Source of the DNA: Chloroflexota bacterium
Lineage (GTDB): Bacteria; Chloroflexota; Anaerolineae; Aggregatilineales; UBA3940
Direction of reading: 5' to 3'
Length of the DNA: 64,000 nucleotides
Assembly (NCBI GenBank): GCA_036679085.1
Contig: JAZIGM010000057.1
Location: forward strand, 146,635 to 210,634
A program made the position numbers and the translations under genes. Of this stretch, positions 19,796 through 29,449 are shown piece by piece (the first letter of the stretch is position 1; the number at the start of each line of letters is the position of its first letter). The notes under the pieces were generated by a model. The model was not told the origin of the DNA and did no database searches. It saw only the letters and a program-made list of their open reading frames with translations.

Positions 19796-20558
19796 TTACC
19801 AGGGCTCGCTGCCGAGCACCCGCTCGCCGGTGGGGTTGGGGCTTCCGCCCGCCGGTTCGACCGTCACGCCGAACCAGTTGTAATCGTGGAGCGGGCGCGG
19901 CGCGGTGATGTGCATCACTGCGTTGCCATACATCCCGGTTGAGAACACGCCACCGCTGTCCCGCTCGCCGTTCCGCACCAGCCATAACTGGTACTGCCGG
20001 CCCGCCTCAAGCTCAGGGAGGTGGTAGCTCACCAGCAGGGCGGTGTCGCTGCCCCGGTCAAAGATGACGTAGCCGACCGCCTCCGGCGCGGCGTCCGTGC
20101 CCCGCAGGTAGATCGAAACCGGCTCCCCTGACGGCATGGTGCTGCTCTCGCGCACCTGCTGCCACAGCAGCACATTGCTGCCCCCCAGCAGCATGATCAG
20201 CACCAGGCTGACGGGAACCCACACCGGCGCCAGCTTGCGGAAGAAGTCGTTAAGGCGCTGCCACAATCCGGGCCGGGTTTCCGCCGGGGCGAGGGCAGGC
20301 GCGGGCACGTCGGCTGTAGCTGTGCGCCCCAGAAAGGGGCGCTCGACGCGCGCCAGCAGCTCCTCACGCAGGCCGGGGGGCGGCTCTGCGCCCGGCACGG
20401 CCAGTGCGAGCTGGTCGGCCACATCCTCATACACGGCCAACTCGGCACGGCCAGGCCGTGCACTCCCGCAGATGGGCCTCGACCGCCTGCGCCTCGTCCT
20501 CCTCCAGCGCGCCGAGCGCGTAGACGGGTATCAGCTCGTAAACGTCAGCGTGTTCCAT
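19796..20558 (-). CDS. anti-sigma factor (zinc-finger N-terminus, RskA-like C-terminus); frame broken by an apparent 1-nt insertion near 20451
   Basis: ATG 20558 gives MEHADVYELIPVYALGALEEDEAQAVEAHLRECTA, then stops. Removing one base restores HLRECTACRAELAVYEDVADQLAL, which joins ORF 19796..20440 (C-terminal YQLWLVRNGERDSGGVF). Confidence 0.75.
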
Positions 20559-20631
20559 CGTTCGCAGCCAGGATCAATTTGTGCCTAATTTGTGCCTTCA
20601 TAAACAATACGCACAGCCGGTCAGCGTAGAT

Positions 20632-21204
20632 CTAATCTTTGAGCAGATCTTCGAGCGCGCGGCGCAGCTTCTGCAAGCCCAGCCGGATGCGCGTCTTGGC
20701 CGTGCCCAGCGGCAGGCCGAGTTTCTCGGCAATCTGCTGGTGCGTCAGCCCGGCGAAGTAGGCCAGCTCCAGCACAGTGCGCTGATCGTCGGGCAGGCTG
20801 GCCAGCGCCTCGCGGACCCGTTGCTGCCGGATGGCGCTCGCCGCGACCCGCTCCGGGCCGGGGTTAGAGGCGTGCAGCTCATAATCGACCAGTTCCAGAC
20901 GGACGCTGTGCCCTTCCGGGCGGGCCTTCTCGCGGCGCAGCACGTCGATGGCGCGGTAGCGTGCGAGGCTGGTGATCCACGTGTTGACCTTGGCGCGGTC
21001 GGCCCGGTAGGTGCTCGCCTTCTCCCAGATACGGGTGAACACATCCAGCGTGATCTCCTCCGCCTTCGCCGCGTCGCCGGTGATGTGCAGGGCGAGGCTG
21101 AACACCATGCGGCTGTAGCGGTCGTACAGCACACCGAGCGCTTCGGTCTGCCCGCCGATGATGTGTTCGATAAGATTCTCGTCTTCGAGAGATGAGAAAT
21201 CCAC
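20632..21204 (-). CDS. ECF-type RNA polymerase sigma-70 family factor
   Basis: LIEHIIGGQTEALGVLYDRYSRMVFSLAL (region 2), LAYFAGLTHQQIAEKLGLPLGTAKTRIRLGLQKLR (region 4). GTG start 21204 is preceded by GGGGAGA; the upstream part of the track ORF is not sigma-like. Confidence 0.9.
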   Translation of the reverse strand: MDFSSLEDENLIEHIIGGQTEALGVLYDRYSRMVFSLALHITGDAAKAEEITLDVFTRIWEKASTYRADRAKVNTWITSLARYRAIDVLRREKARPEGHSVRLELVDYELHASNPGPERVAASAIRQQRVREALASLPDDQRTVLELAYFAGLTHQQIAEKLGLPLGTAKTRIRLGLQKLRRALEDLLKD

Positions 21205-21456
21205 GCTGGCTGTCTCCCCATACCTGGGCCTAGCTTCTATGATAGCGCACCAGAGATGCCAGGGGAAACAGGCCGCAATTCCCAGGCAGCAATATAGGAG
21301 CGGCAGCAGGAGAAAACCCGCCGCGACTAAACGTTGCGGCTCCCTATGTGTGCTCAGCGATACCCCCTCCCCACCGCCGGCTGAGGGGGTGGGGTTCCCC
21401 CAACAAAAAGCGCCCCTGCCGGCTGGCAAGGGCGCTGATCGCTGCGTGGTTGGACG

Positions 21457-22416
21457 TTACTCCGCCACCCCACCGGGGATCGGGCGCAGGTAGTTGAGCT
21501 TCGAGAGCTGGCGGACCTGCTCGGCGGCGCGGTACGAGCTGCGGACCAGCGGGCCGCTCTCCACCCACTTGAAGCCAAGCTCCTCCAGGCCGATGCGCTT
21601 CAACTCCTCGAACTCCTGCGGCGTGTAGAAGCGGTCGATGGGCAGGTGCTTCTTGCTCGGCTGGAGGTACTGGCCGATGGTCAGAATATCCACCTGCTGC
21701 TCGGCAAGGTCGCGCATCACCTCGACCACCTCGTCGAACGTCTCGCCCAGCCCGACCATGATGCCGCTCTTGGTCAGCACGAGCGGGTCCATCTCCTTGG
21801 CATTGCGGAGCGTGGTCATTGCCCACTCGTAGCGGTCCTGCGGCTGCACCTTGCGGAACAGGCGCGGAACCGTCTCGACGTTGTGGTTGAGGATCTCCGG
21901 CTGCGCGTCCATCACGATCTTCAGCGCGTCCCGGTTGCCCTTGAAGTCGGGGATGAGCACCTCGATGGAGCAGCCGGGATGGACCTGCCGGATGCGCCGG
22001 ATGACCATCGCGAAGATCGGCGCGCCGCCGTCCTTGCGCTCGTCGCGGTTCACCGAGGTGATAACGACGTGCTGCAGGTTCATCGCCTTGACGGACTCGG
22101 CGACGCGGTCCGGCTCGTGCCAGTCTATCGGCGACGGGCGACCGGTCTTAATGTCGCAGAAGCCGCAGGAGCGGGTGCAGGTGTCGCCCAGCATGAGGAA
22201 CGTCGCGGTCCCCTTGCCCCAGCACTCGCCGAGGTTGGGGCACATGGCCTCCTCGCAGACGGTATGCAGTTCCTTACTGCGCATCAGGCCGCGCAGCCAC
22301 TCGTACGTTTCACCACCGGGCGCGCGGACGCGAATCCACTCCGGGCGGCGGCGGGGGCGCGGCGACGGATTGTCGCCGGAAGGGGTTTGGATATCGTCGA
22401 GGTTGATGACTGTCAT
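21457..22416 (-). CDS. lipA: lipoyl synthase
   Basis: [13 protein letters not shown] and radical-SAM CTRSCGFC motifs. Start ATG 22416 (MTVINLDD); the track ORF's N-terminal extension is rejected. Confidence 0.95.
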   Translation of the reverse strand: MTVINLDDIQTPSGDNPSPRPRRRPEWIRVRAPGGETYEWLRGLMRSKELHTVCEEAMCPNLGECWGKGTATFLMLGDTCTRSCGFCDIKTGRPSPIDWHEPDRVAESVKAMNLQHVVITSVNRDERKDGGAPIFAMVIRRIRQVHPGCSIEVLIPDFKGNRDALKIVMDAQPEILNHNVETVPRLFRKVQPQDRYEWAMTTLRNAKEMDPLVLTKSGIMVGLGETFDEVVEVMRDLAEQQVDILTIGQYLQPSKKHLPIDRFYTPQEFEELKRIGLEELGFKWVESGPLVRSSYRAAEQVRQLSKLNYLRPIPGGVAE

Positions 22417-22650
22417 CAGGTTAAACCTGTCTGAATCTAGAGACACGGAAAAGACCGCCCTATCGGGCGAGCGTGCCCAGATTATAACGGCGGGGGTGAG
22501 GGGTAACAAGGCGAGGCCTCCCTCATCCCGGTCGTGGCCATCAACAACGCCGCGACTCAACGTCGCGGATCCCGCCTCATCGCTTGGCCCAGCCGCAGCG
22601 ATCAAAAGTCCGCCCGGTGTGACACGGGGATGAGGGGGCATCGCGTCCCC

Positions 22651-23283
22651 TCACCGTTCCGCACGCACCTCTGCGGCCATCTGCTCGTAGAACATCTCCA
22701 TGAAGCGGTGCCGCCCCTCGGCGATCTGCCGCCCGCTCTCCGTGTAGAGCCGGTCTTTGATCGTCTTGAGCTTGAAGTGAAACTCGTGGTGCGGGGTGTG
22801 CGCCTCATCCGATTGGCCGGGGATGTAGCCCTCCGAAACCTCACCCCACAGCGGCTGGCCGAGCAGCGCGCCGTAGGCGAAGGCGCGCGCCACGCCCACC
22901 GCGCCAATCGCGTCAAGCTTGTCGGCATCGAAGAGCACTTTGGCTTCGATGGTCTGCGGTTCGATGCTATTGCGGAAGCGGTGCGCCTCGATGGCGTGCG
23001 CGACGGCGTCGATAAAGGCCGGGTCGGCGCCGTCAAGGATGCGACGCGCCTCCCGCGCGGCGATCAGCGCGTGGTCGGTTTCTTCCTCCGCCTCGGCCCC
23101 GGCTTCCTCGTCCTCAGAGCGGGAAATGTCGTGCAGCAGCGCCGCCGTCCGCACGATCTCCAGGTCCGCGCCCTCCATCCGGGCGAGCTTCTCGGCAAGC
23201 CGCAGCACCCGCAGCACATGGGCGAAGTCGTGAACGGAGTCGCTCCCCTCATACAGCGCGCGCGCCTGTTCGATGGTGATCAT
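22651..23283 (-). CDS. HD domain phosphohydrolase-family protein
   Basis: HDFAHVLRVLRLAEKLA...AALLHDISR; start ATG 23283 preceded by GAGGAGG. Confidence 0.75.
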   Translation of the reverse strand: MITIEQARALYEGSDSVHDFAHVLRVLRLAEKLARMEGADLEIVRTAALLHDISRSEDEEAGAEAEEETDHALIAAREARRILDGADPAFIDAVAHAIEAHRFRNSIEPQTIEAKVLFDADKLDAIGAVGVARAFAYGALLGQPLWGEVSEGYIPGQSDEAHTPHHEFHFKLKTIKDRLYTESGRQIAEGRHRFMEMFYEQMAAEVRAER

Positions 23284-23679
23284 GCCGCCTCCTCGTGTAA
23301 GTTGTGGCATTGGGTTACCAGTTAAGCCTGCAGAAAACCTCACCCCGGCGGCCTGCGACGCGCTGGGGGTGAAGTTTGGGTCATAGTAGGGATAATTCGT
23401 ATTCAGCCCCGGTGCAGGGATTTCTGGTCTTGATTCCGCTAGTTCATTACTGTACCATAGTATCAATTGTCGGGGTGCTTTCACTTTCCAACACCACAAC
23501 TTCTACGCCTCACCTACGGGAATCAAACGTACGACCTGCTTCGTATTGACGGCATGGCTGCAGCAGTCTTACAATGCGAACGGTTGGTTTCATCTCCTGT
23601 GATCCCCGCAGCGGCAGCCGCTCTGGCAGATGCCCCGTACGGCTTTAACACCCAGCACGACTATTGCATGGGGGTTTAA

Positions 23680-24024
23680 ATGTACACGAATAACGAGCTC
23701 TTATTCCCAAATTACGTTATCCCTGTCCTGAGGGATATGCGCGGCCCTGAATGGCGCGATTTGGTCGACCGCGTCATCCCGCTGGAAAACACCCACCCCG
23801 AAAAACTCGCCTTTGTGCTCATGATGATCCGGCTGAACGGATGCCTGGACTGCGAAACGGACAGCTACCGCGCGCTGCGCGGCTGCGCTATGTGTGCCAC
23901 GCAGACCCTTCGCCGCTTCAAAGGGTCGGACCGCGAGCTATTAGACGCTTACGCCAAAGCGCTTGAAGATGTCGAGGAGTTCCTTGCCGAGCAGGATGTC
24001 AACCAGTCGCGCCGGATCGCCTGA
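23680..24024 (+). CDS. hypothetical protein with CxxC...CxxC cluster
   Basis: 114 aa; NGCLDCETDSYRALRGCAMC; lower GC than its neighbours; no family recognised. Confidence 0.4.
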   Translation: MYTNNELLFPNYVIPVLRDMRGPEWRDLVDRVIPLENTHPEKLAFVLMMIRLNGCLDCETDSYRALRGCAMCATQTLRRFKGSDRELLDAYAKALEDVEEFLAEQDVNQSRRIA

Positions 24025-24085
24025 CGCAGCCTGCCCCGGTGGGAGCGGTCAACTTTATACCGCCTGATTTGCCAGACCAGCCCGG

Positions 24086-25915
24086 ATGCGCGACAATTCG
24101 GGCTGGTTTTGTTTCCTGCACGCGTCCGCCGCCATGACATCTCACAGACCGCATCGCTCGATACCGCTTGCCCTCGCGGCCTTTCTCGGGACGTTCCTGC
24201 TCGTTCCTCTGTGGGATGTCTACGCACTGGCAATTGCCGTCCGTGCCGAGGGGCAGGCCCGCCCCGCCACCGAGTCGCCGCTTCTCCGCGCGGCGCGCAC
24301 CCCGACCCTCCGCAAACTGATCGTGCTGGCCGCTGCCTATGCACTGGCATGGCTCGGCTTCGGCGCGCTCGGCAGGCTGATCGCACAGCCGGGGCCGTTC
24401 GGCGTGCTGGCAACCGGGCTGGCGAACCTGCCCGCTCTTGCCGCCGGGCCGTGCTGTGACGTCTCCACCGCTGTCGTGCCGGGGCAGCCCGCCGGGGCGC
24501 TCGTCGCGGCGCGCCTTCTGCCAACGCTCGCGCTGCTCGCCGTGGCAACCGTGCTGGCGGGCTTGCTGATCGCGCTGCTCACCGGGGCCGGGTTGGCGCT
24601 GCGCCGCCTGTCCGGGCGGCTCGGCGGAGTGCTCTCCCTGATGGGCTGGCTGGCGTCGAGCGTGCTGGCAGCACCCGCTGGCGCGGTGATGTTGCTCGTC
24701 GTGCTGGTCCTAGGCGTGCGCCTGGGGCTGATCCCGCCCGGCGGAGGGGCGGCCTGGGCCGGTCTGCTAGCCGCCGGGCTGGTCGTGGCGATGCTGCCCG
24801 CGCTGCTGGCGGCCCGCGCGGCGCTGCACACCCGCTCCGACGACCCGGCCCTGCTCGCGCTGACGGCGGGGCACGCCTTCTTCACGCAGGCCGGATGGCT
24901 GATCAGCAGCGCCATCGCGGTCGAGGTCGTCGCCGGGCGGGAGGGGCTTGGCGCGCTGCTCGTCGAGGCGCTGCGGCTGGGCGACGCCGCCGTCGCCATC
25001 CGCGCCGTGCAGATCCTCGCCCCGCTGCTGCTCGTGATGGGCATCCGCGCAGCGGCGAACGCAGGCGTGCGCGGCACGCTGGCAACTGTCCCCACACCCC
25101 GGCAAGACAAGCGTACACCCGCCCGGCTGCGCATCGGACTGGCCGCGCTGGTGATCCTCGCGCCGCTCGCCCTTGCCGCCCTCTGGCTGCCGCACCACGC
25201 CGATGCGCCCGACCCTGCCGCCATCTACGAGCGCCCCTCAGCCGCGCATCCGCTCGGCACCGACCATCTGGGGCGGGACGTGCGCGGGCAGGTCGGCGCG
25301 GCGGTAGTCAACTCGTGGGGCACGGCGCTGACCGCCGGGCTGGTCGCGCTCGGCTTCGGCGGGCTGTGGGGCGTGGCGAGCGCGGCGCTCGACCGGCGCG
25401 GGGCGACAGGCCCACTGCTCGCAGAGGTGCTGATGCTGCCCGCACGGGCGGCAACGCTGGCCCACGCGCCGCTCGTCGCCCTGCTGCTGCTTGCCGCCAC
25501 GGGGGAGGCAGGGGCGGACCCGGTGCTGTGGCTCGGCGCAGCGGTCGGGCTGGTGCTGGCTCCGCGTACGGCCCTCGCTGTCAGGGCGGCAGGGGAGCAG
25601 CACGGCACGGGAGGGCACGGCGCGGCACTCGCGCTGTTTGCTGTGGACAGCTTTGCGGCACTACATTATAGTCAAATCATCTTGACCCTGGCGCTCGGCG
25701 CGTCCGCAGCCGCCTCACTCGGCGGACTGCTCGCCCGCCACGCGGAGCTTATCGCCGGTGCGCAGGTTGTCATGGGGGGAGGGTATCTGCGGCTCGCCGC
25801 CACGCTGGCCATGCCGGGCATCGCCGTTGCCGCCGGCAGCTTTCTGCTTCAGGACGCACTCACAGCCCGGTTCGCGCCACGCCAAACCGCCGCGCTGATT
25901 CAGGTGTTAAACTAA
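24086..25915 (+). CDS. polytopic membrane protein resembling fused OppB/OppC-type ABC permease halves
   Basis: 609 aa, very Ala/Leu-rich. The second half begins with the permease hallmark HPLGTDHLGRDV. No ATPase or binding protein is adjacent. Alternative start 24134. Confidence 0.5.
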   Translation: MRDNSGWFCFLHASAAMTSHRPHRSIPLALAAFLGTFLLVPLWDVYALAIAVRAEGQARPATESPLLRAARTPTLRKLIVLAAAYALAWLGFGALGRLIAQPGPFGVLATGLANLPALAAGPCCDVSTAVVPGQPAGALVAARLLPTLALLAVATVLAGLLIALLTGAGLALRRLSGRLGGVLSLMGWLASSVLAAPAGAVMLLVVLVLGVRLGLIPPGGGAAWAGLLAAGLVVAMLPALLAARAALHTRSDDPALLALTAGHAFFTQAGWLISSAIAVEVVAGREGLGALLVEALRLGDAAVAIRAVQILAPLLLVMGIRAAANAGVRGTLATVPTPRQDKRTPARLRIGLAALVILAPLALAALWLPHHADAPDPAAIYERPSAAHPLGTDHLGRDVRGQVGAAVVNSWGTALTAGLVALGFGGLWGVASAALDRRGATGPLLAEVLMLPARAATLAHAPLVALLLLAATGEAGADPVLWLGAAVGLVLAPRTALAVRAAGEQHGTGGHGAALALFAVDSFAALHYSQIILTLALGASAAASLGGLLARHAELIAGAQVVMGGGYLRLAATLAMPGIAVAAGSFLLQDALTARFAPRQTAALIQVLN

Positions 25916-26101
25916 CACCATGTGGGTATACAGCCTGATCCGATTTTGCTACACTCAAACCCGTGCCCACGTATGGCGCTAATTGAAGCATATGATCGCG
26001 CGGTGATTTAATTGATGGCGGGCACCGCCCACCGGTATGAGCAACCACGCGCGCAGGCAAGACAGCGAGAGCAACGACAGTTTTTAGAAGGAACCCTTTA
26101 T

Positions 26102-29002
26102 ATGGCAACGGTGACCGAAGCGGAAACCACCCTAACCACTACGGATGAACCATCCGAACAATGGCACAGCCTGCCCGCCAGCGAGGTCCTTGAACGCCTT
26201 CAGGTTGACCCTGAGCGGGGTCTGAGTGCTGACGAGGTTCGTGAGCGCCTCGCAAAGTTTGGCCCCAACGAATTAAGAGAACAGCCCCGGCCCGGCTTCC
26301 TGCAGCGGCTTCTGCGTCAGTTCCAGGATATGACCGTACTGCTGCTCATCGGCGCGGCGATTGTCTCCGGCGCGCTGGGTGAGTGGTACGAGGCAGGCGC
26401 GATCCTGCTGATCGTCGTACTCAACGCCATCCTGGGCGTCGTGCAGGAGGGCCGCGCCGAGGAGGCACTCGCCGCCCTGCGCAAGATGGCCGCGCCCGAG
26501 GCGCATGTGCTGCGCGACGGGCATGTCATCGTCGTGCCCTCCGCCGAGGTCGTCCCCGGCGATATTGTGCTGATCGAAGCCGGGAACTACATCCCGGCGG
26601 ATTTGCGGCTCATCGAAGGCGCGAACCTCCAGATCGAAGAGGCCTCACTGACCGGCGAGTCCGTCCCCGTGAACAAAGACCCGGATGCCTACGTGCCGCT
26701 TGACGCGGGCATCGGCGACCGCCGCAATATGGCGTACAAGAGCACCATTGCCACTTACGGGCGCGGGGTCGGCGTTGTGATCGCGACCGGCATGGACACC
26801 GAGATCGGGCGCATCGCCGAGATGATCCAGACGGTGGAGGAGGAGGAGACACCGCTCCAGCGGCGTCTGGACCAGCTTGGGCGCTGGCTGGCGATCGGCG
26901 CGCTGTCGGTTTCGGGGCTTGTCTTCCTGATCGCCTTCGCAGGGGCCGCCTCGGAAGCAGCAGGTGCGCTGGGCATTCAGGGGCTTGCGGAGTTCTTCGC
27001 CGCACTGGAGAACCCGCTGCTGACCTCGCAGCTTGGCGAAGCGGCGCTGGCGGCCTTCCTGACGGCGGTCGCGCTGGCGGTCGCCGCCGTACCCGAGGGC
27101 CTGCCGGCCATCGTCACCATTAACCTGGCGCTCGGCATGCGCGAGATGGTGAAGCGCAACGCGCTCATCCGCCGCCTGCCCGCCGTCGAGACGCTCGGCA
27201 GCGCCTCGGCCATCTGCTCGGACAAGACCGGCACGCTCACCCAGAACGAGATGACGGCGGTTCGCCTCTCTGTGATGGGCAACGAGATCGAGGTGACCGG
27301 GCAGGGCTACACGCCCGTCGGCGAGTTCTATCTTAACGGCGAAAAGATCGGCCCGGACGAGATCCACGATGTGCGCCAGCTTCTGACCGCCGCCGCGCTC
27401 GCCAGCGACGCGCGGCTGGAGATAGACGAGGATGATGCGAACGGCGTGCGCATGGTCGGCGACCCGACTGAAGGCGCGCTCGTCGTCGCCGCCGCCAAGG
27501 CGGGCCTGATGCGCAACCAGCTTGAGCGCGACTTCCCGCGCGTGGACGAGATCCCGTTCGACGCCAGCCGCAAGCGCATGAGCACCCTGCACCGGGTGCC
27601 GGGCGTGCACGACGAGTACGACTACATGCTGTACGTGAAGGGCGCACCGGACTTCGTCCTCGACCTCTCGACGCATGTGTACCACGACGGCCAGGCCATC
27701 CCCATGACGCCCGAACTGCGTGAGCGCATCGAGCGGGCGAACAAACAGATGGCCTCCGCTGCGCTGCGTGTATTGGCCGTAGCGCAGCGCCATTTCGACG
27801 AGCCGCCGGAAGAACTGAACCCCGACGAGCACGAGCGGGACCTGACGTTCATCGGGCTGATCGGCATGATCGACCCGCCGCGCGCCGAGGTCGCCGACGC
27901 CATCCAGACCGCGCGCGCCGCGGGCATCCGCACGGTGATGGTCACCGGCGACTACGCAGAAACGGCGCGGGCCATCGGCGAGCAGATCGGCCTGATGCGG
28001 CCCGGCGGGCAGGTGATCACCGGGCAGGAACTGTCGCAGATGAGCGACGAGGAGCTTATCCGCCGGGTGGACGACGTGGATGTATTCGCCCGCGTCTCGC
28101 CGGAGCATAAGGTCCGCATTGTGGACGCCTTCCGCAAGCGCGATTACGTGGTCGCCATGACGGGTGACGGTGTGAACGACGCCCCGGCGCTGAAGCGTGC
28201 CAGCATCGGCGTGGCGATGGGTATCACCGGCACCGACGTGACCAAAGAAACAGCGGACATGGTGCTCACCGATGACAACTACGTGAGCATCGTCAACGCG
28301 GTCGAGCAGGGCCGCATCATCTACGACAACATCCGTAAGTTCGTCTACTTCCTGCTGAGCTGTAACCTGGCGGAGATCACCGTCATCTTCATCGCGACGC
28401 TGCTGGGCTACCCGCAGATCCTGACGCCCATCCAACTGCTGTGGCTCAACCTGCTGACGGACGGCGCCCCGGCGCTCGCGCTCGGCGTGGAGCGGGGCGA
28501 CCCGAACGTAATGGACCGCCCGCCGCGCGCCCCGAACGAACCGATCATCGACGGCATCATGCGCGGTGGCATGGTCGTACAGACGATCTTCATCAGCGCC
28601 GTGACGCTGGGCGGCTTCTTCATCGGGCTGAACCAGGCGGAGATGGTGGGGATGGACCCGGTAACGGCAGAGGCTTACGCCGGGAGCATCGCCTTCACGG
28701 TGCTGGCCTTCTCAGAGTTGATCCGTGCCTACACGTCGCGCTCGGAGATCTACTCGATCTTCCAGATCGGGGTGTTCAGCAACAAGTACATGCAGTACGC
28801 GGTCTTTGCCTCTATCGCGCTGCTGCTGGCGGTTGTCTACATCCCGTTCTTGCAGCCGGTGTTTGACACGGTGCCGCTCTCGCTGCTCGACTGGGCGGAG
28901 ATCATCCCGCTGATGCTCGTGCCGTCCATCGCCGCCGAGCTGTATAAGCTGTACCTGCGCAGCCGCCTCGTCAGGGCGAAGGCGGAGCCGCAGGCGGCCT
29001 AA
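26102..29002 (+). CDS. cation-transporting P-type ATPase (Ca2+-ATPase-like, P2 type)
   Basis: [36 protein letters not shown], ten TM-like segments; start ATG 26102. Confidence 0.93.
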   Translation: MATVTEAETTLTTTDEPSEQWHSLPASEVLERLQVDPERGLSADEVRERLAKFGPNELREQPRPGFLQRLLRQFQDMTVLLLIGAAIVSGALGEWYEAGAILLIVVLNAILGVVQEGRAEEALAALRKMAAPEAHVLRDGHVIVVPSAEVVPGDIVLIEAGNYIPADLRLIEGANLQIEEASLTGESVPVNKDPDAYVPLDAGIGDRRNMAYKSTIATYGRGVGVVIATGMDTEIGRIAEMIQTVEEEETPLQRRLDQLGRWLAIGALSVSGLVFLIAFAGAASEAAGALGIQGLAEFFAALENPLLTSQLGEAALAAFLTAVALAVAAVPEGLPAIVTINLALGMREMVKRNALIRRLPAVETLGSASAICSDKTGTLTQNEMTAVRLSVMGNEIEVTGQGYTPVGEFYLNGEKIGPDEIHDVRQLLTAAALASDARLEIDEDDANGVRMVGDPTEGALVVAAAKAGLMRNQLERDFPRVDEIPFDASRKRMSTLHRVPGVHDEYDYMLYVKGAPDFVLDLSTHVYHDGQAIPMTPELRERIERANKQMASAALRVLAVAQRHFDEPPEELNPDEHERDLTFIGLIGMIDPPRAEVADAIQTARAAGIRTVMVTGDYAETARAIGEQIGLMRPGGQVITGQELSQMSDEELIRRVDDVDVFARVSPEHKVRIVDAFRKRDYVVAMTGDGVNDAPALKRASIGVAMGITGTDVTKETADMVLTDDNYVSIVNAVEQGRIIYDNIRKFVYFLLSCNLAEITVIFIATLLGYPQILTPIQLLWLNLLTDGAPALALGVERGDPNVMDRPPRAPNEPIIDGIMRGGMVVQTIFISAVTLGGFFIGLNQAEMVGMDPVTAEAYAGSIAFTVLAFSELIRAYTSRSEIYSIFQIGVFSNKYMQYAVFASIALLLAVVYIPFLQPVFDTVPLSLLDWAEIIPLMLVPSIAAELYKLYLRSRLVRAKAEPQAA

Positions 29003-29016
29003 TGTATTAGAACCCC

Positions 29017-29050
29017 CTCCACCTCCCCCTTGCAAAAGGGGGAGGTGGAG
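29017..29050 (+). terminator. 13-bp perfect hairpin just after the ATPase stop (member of a repeat family)
   Basis: ctccacctccccc-ttgcaaaa-gggggaggtggag. Degenerate relatives at 8959-8983 and 54716-54744; no T-tract. Confidence 0.4.
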
Positions 29051-29107
29051 AAATCGCGCTGCGACCAGGAGGGGTTGGCGTTAGGCAACCACAGCCCCGG
29101 AGACGCC

Positions 29108-29317
29108 ATGCCGATCGACCTCAAGCTCGACGACGTTCTGACGCTCAAAAAACCGCACGCCTGCGGCGCGAACGCCTGGCGCGTGTACCGGCTGGGCGCG
29201 GACATCGGCCTGAAATGTGATGCGTGCGGGCGTATGGTGCTGCTGCCGCGCAGCAAGCTGGAGCGGCGCATCCGCGAGATTCGGCGGGGCGAGGAGACGT
29301 TCAAACCGAGGCGGTGA
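29108..29317 (+). CDS. DUF951-like small protein
   Basis: MPIDLKLDDVLTLKKPHACGANAWRVYRLGADIGLKCDACGRMVLLPRSKLERRI; start moved to ATG 29108. Confidence 0.7.
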   Translation: MPIDLKLDDVLTLKKPHACGANAWRVYRLGADIGLKCDACGRMVLLPRSKLERRIREIRRGEETFKPRR

Positions 29318-29362
29318 GGGCCGAAGGCGGCTCGTCAGGGGTGGGGTTTTGAACGTGGATCG

Positions 29363-29392
29363 GGAGCCGCGAAGTTTATTCGCGGCGTTTTT
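29363..29392 (+). terminator. repeat-borne intrinsic-terminator-like hairpin GGAGCCGCGAAGTTTATTCGCGGC + TTTTT
   Basis: Hairpin 29363-29386, then g-ttttt; the same element with a T-run is at 34657-34688. Confidence 0.55.
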
Positions 29393-29449
29393 CATCTCCG
29401 CACCACGTCTGACCGAATGTGTCGTAGGGGTGGGTCTGAGACCCACCCC

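Noticed and set aside
21205-21429. N-terminal extensions of track ORFs: sigma 21429, lipA 22641, HD 23499, ATPase 26012, DUF951 29030, ybaK 38686, HTH 41624, 43828, nfu 46195, gatC 60495, 62883
   Set aside because: The extensions have no family similarity and often run through repeat clusters. Internal starts with Shine-Dalgarno sequences give family-typical lengths.
23949-24548. 199-aa Arg/Ala/Pro-rich minus-strand ORF, plus similar Arg-rich ORFs over 24.3-25.7 kb
   Set aside because: They are low-complexity and antisense to the membrane-protein gene.
26645-28435. 596-aa minus-strand ORF opposite the P-type ATPase
   Set aside because: Antisense shadow ORF. The ATPase carries all the diagnostic motifs.
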